A stretch of 64,000 nt of DNA from Pristiophorus japonicus (taxonomy: Eukaryota): the NCBI RefSeq assembly GCF_044704955.1, contig NC_091980.1, forward strand, positions 274,474,001-274,538,000, read 5' to 3'. The notes beneath the pieces were generated by a model, which was given only the letters and a program-made list of their open reading frames with translations, was not told where the DNA came from and made no database searches. Made by a program: the position numbers and the translations under genes. Positions 62,516 to 64,000 of this stretch are shown piece after piece. Numbering within the stretch: the stretch's first letter is position 1; each line of letters starts with the position of its first letter.

Positions 62516-63742
62516 CTTTTCATATATTGACTGGGAGGACTTCAAATGCAAATATTACATTTCAATATTGGGAGCCCAATTAAGACAATAGCAGTGTAGT
62601 TCCACAAGACTCACCTCGTCAAGTCAACTTCATTAAGAGAAGAGGGAAGAAAATCAGTAACAATATCCGATACTCAAACAGTTTGGGCGCTTAATTATAT
62701 TTTCCCTTCATCCCTACGATTTTGGATATGAGGGCAATCCAAATTTTTGCAATTAAGGATACTTGTCTGATGCTATTGGATCCCTTTAGTGTTGATCTAA
62801 GTCGGCCAAAATGAGATACAGTTTTGCAGCTTTTTCTAAACGACAGGATGTGTAAAGAAGTCCTTGCCATTTTGTACCTCCCTTTGCATAGTCTCTGGGC
62901 ACCATCCTTGTATGAGGGCAGGTGAGAAACATGCTCGTGAGCTCTTCCTGTGCTACTCTTATGCCTAGCTGCAAAGATGTTCTTGTGAGTGTCTTGATTG
63001 ACTCTCGTTCCTCTGCTTCCCTGTGTCCACTTTGTGATGTGGCTAAGACCAGGAATACACTGTGTGGGGAATCATAGATGCAGAATGTGTTCTTACCACT
63101 TTGTAAATGATTGAGATTACTAAATTATTTGATTTGAAACTATAGTTTGATCTAATTCATCAAATTACACTAGAAAACCCACACAAAATATGCTAATTAT
63201 TTGTTGACTTGGTAGCCTTCAAAAGGGATTGGATAAATACTTGAAGGAGAAAAAATTACAGGGCTATAGGGAAAGAGTGCAGGTGGGACTAACTGGATTG
63301 CTCTTTGAAGGAGTCAGTGCAGAATCGATGGGCTGAGTGGTCTCCTTCTGTGCTGTTCTATTCTGATTCTATCTTATCCCCTCCACCAGATAGAGCAGTC
63401 AAAAGACTCCTTGAGGAGAATTTCCTTACACTACAGAGGATTTCAGGCTCCCTGGACTGGCTCATTTTTTTTAAAGTTTTAACTCTTGCACTATGATGCT
63501 GAAACAGATTCCAAAATTACAATAGTAAATTCACTCTGATGTCAAGAGCAGCTTTATAACTAATATTAATCCTGTATTACTAAAACACCATCCCAGCCTT
63601 GGTGCTTTTAGTTGTCTGGTGAAATGATGCAGATATTCACATCATGTCTGCCATTCAACAATAGGCACCTTTGGCCATTTTAGTCTGTGTACAATGAACG
63701 TTCGTGTTATCCTAGCTTTACTTTTTCTTTCTCTCAATATAG

Positions 63743-63787
63743 CAACCTTCAGGGAACATGGATGATAGTGGATTCTTTTCAATTCAA
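63743..63787 (+). CDS. ATXN3: ATXN3 exon 3 (45 nt); gene continues beyond the right edge
   Basis: atAG|QPSGNMDDSGFFSIQ|GTAAGT. Confidence 0.95.
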
Positions 63788-64000
63788 GTAAGTGTCTGAT
63801 TTTAAACCCTGTAACCTATTACCTTTAGCAATAAAACTTTTGTGAAAAAAAAATTCTCTCCCCTTTTATGCACACAATTATTATCATTAATTTGTCTTTG
63901 TAATTGATACATAAGATTATTAAATACAATCATAGTGAATGGGGCTAGCAAGCTGAATTTAATTTATCCTTTTTTTCCATTGCTCGCTTGCATTATCCTT

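Noticed and set aside
63788-64000. ATXN3 polyglutamine tract
   Set aside because: Encoded by a later exon outside the window; nothing can be said about it

Overview
Eukaryotic, repeat-dense vertebrate DNA; the repeat families (young CR1 LINEs, L2, Deu-domain SINEs, RTE, Penelope-type fragments) point to a cartilaginous fish, probably a shark (inference). Three host genes are readable exon by exon. CPSF2 (minus strand) has a 5' UTR exon near 23.1 kb and five coding exons, and runs off the left edge. NDUFB1 (plus strand, complete, 57 aa) sits head-to-head with CPSF2 on a shared CpG-island promoter. ATXN3 (plus strand) contributes exons 1-3 of the Josephin domain and runs off the right edge. This is the gene order known from human 14q32. 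The rest is layered transposons: three PIF/Harbinger copies with a spliced Myb/SANT accessory gene, a Gag-protease-only LTR element carrying two Tx1-type insertions, RTE derivatives, Tigger-like MITEs, and three Penelope-type fragments with minimal hammerhead-ribozyme cores. The most interesting leads are the hammerhead motifs, the apparent Tx1 targeting of the LTR element, a 367-codon open Harbinger accessory exon, an orphan ZNF143/NRF1 promoter split by a Harbinger, and an inverted-CR1-flanked NDUFB1 exon that would form a stop-less circle. All family assignments are by eye; repeat boundaries are approximate unless a target-site duplication (TSD) is given.
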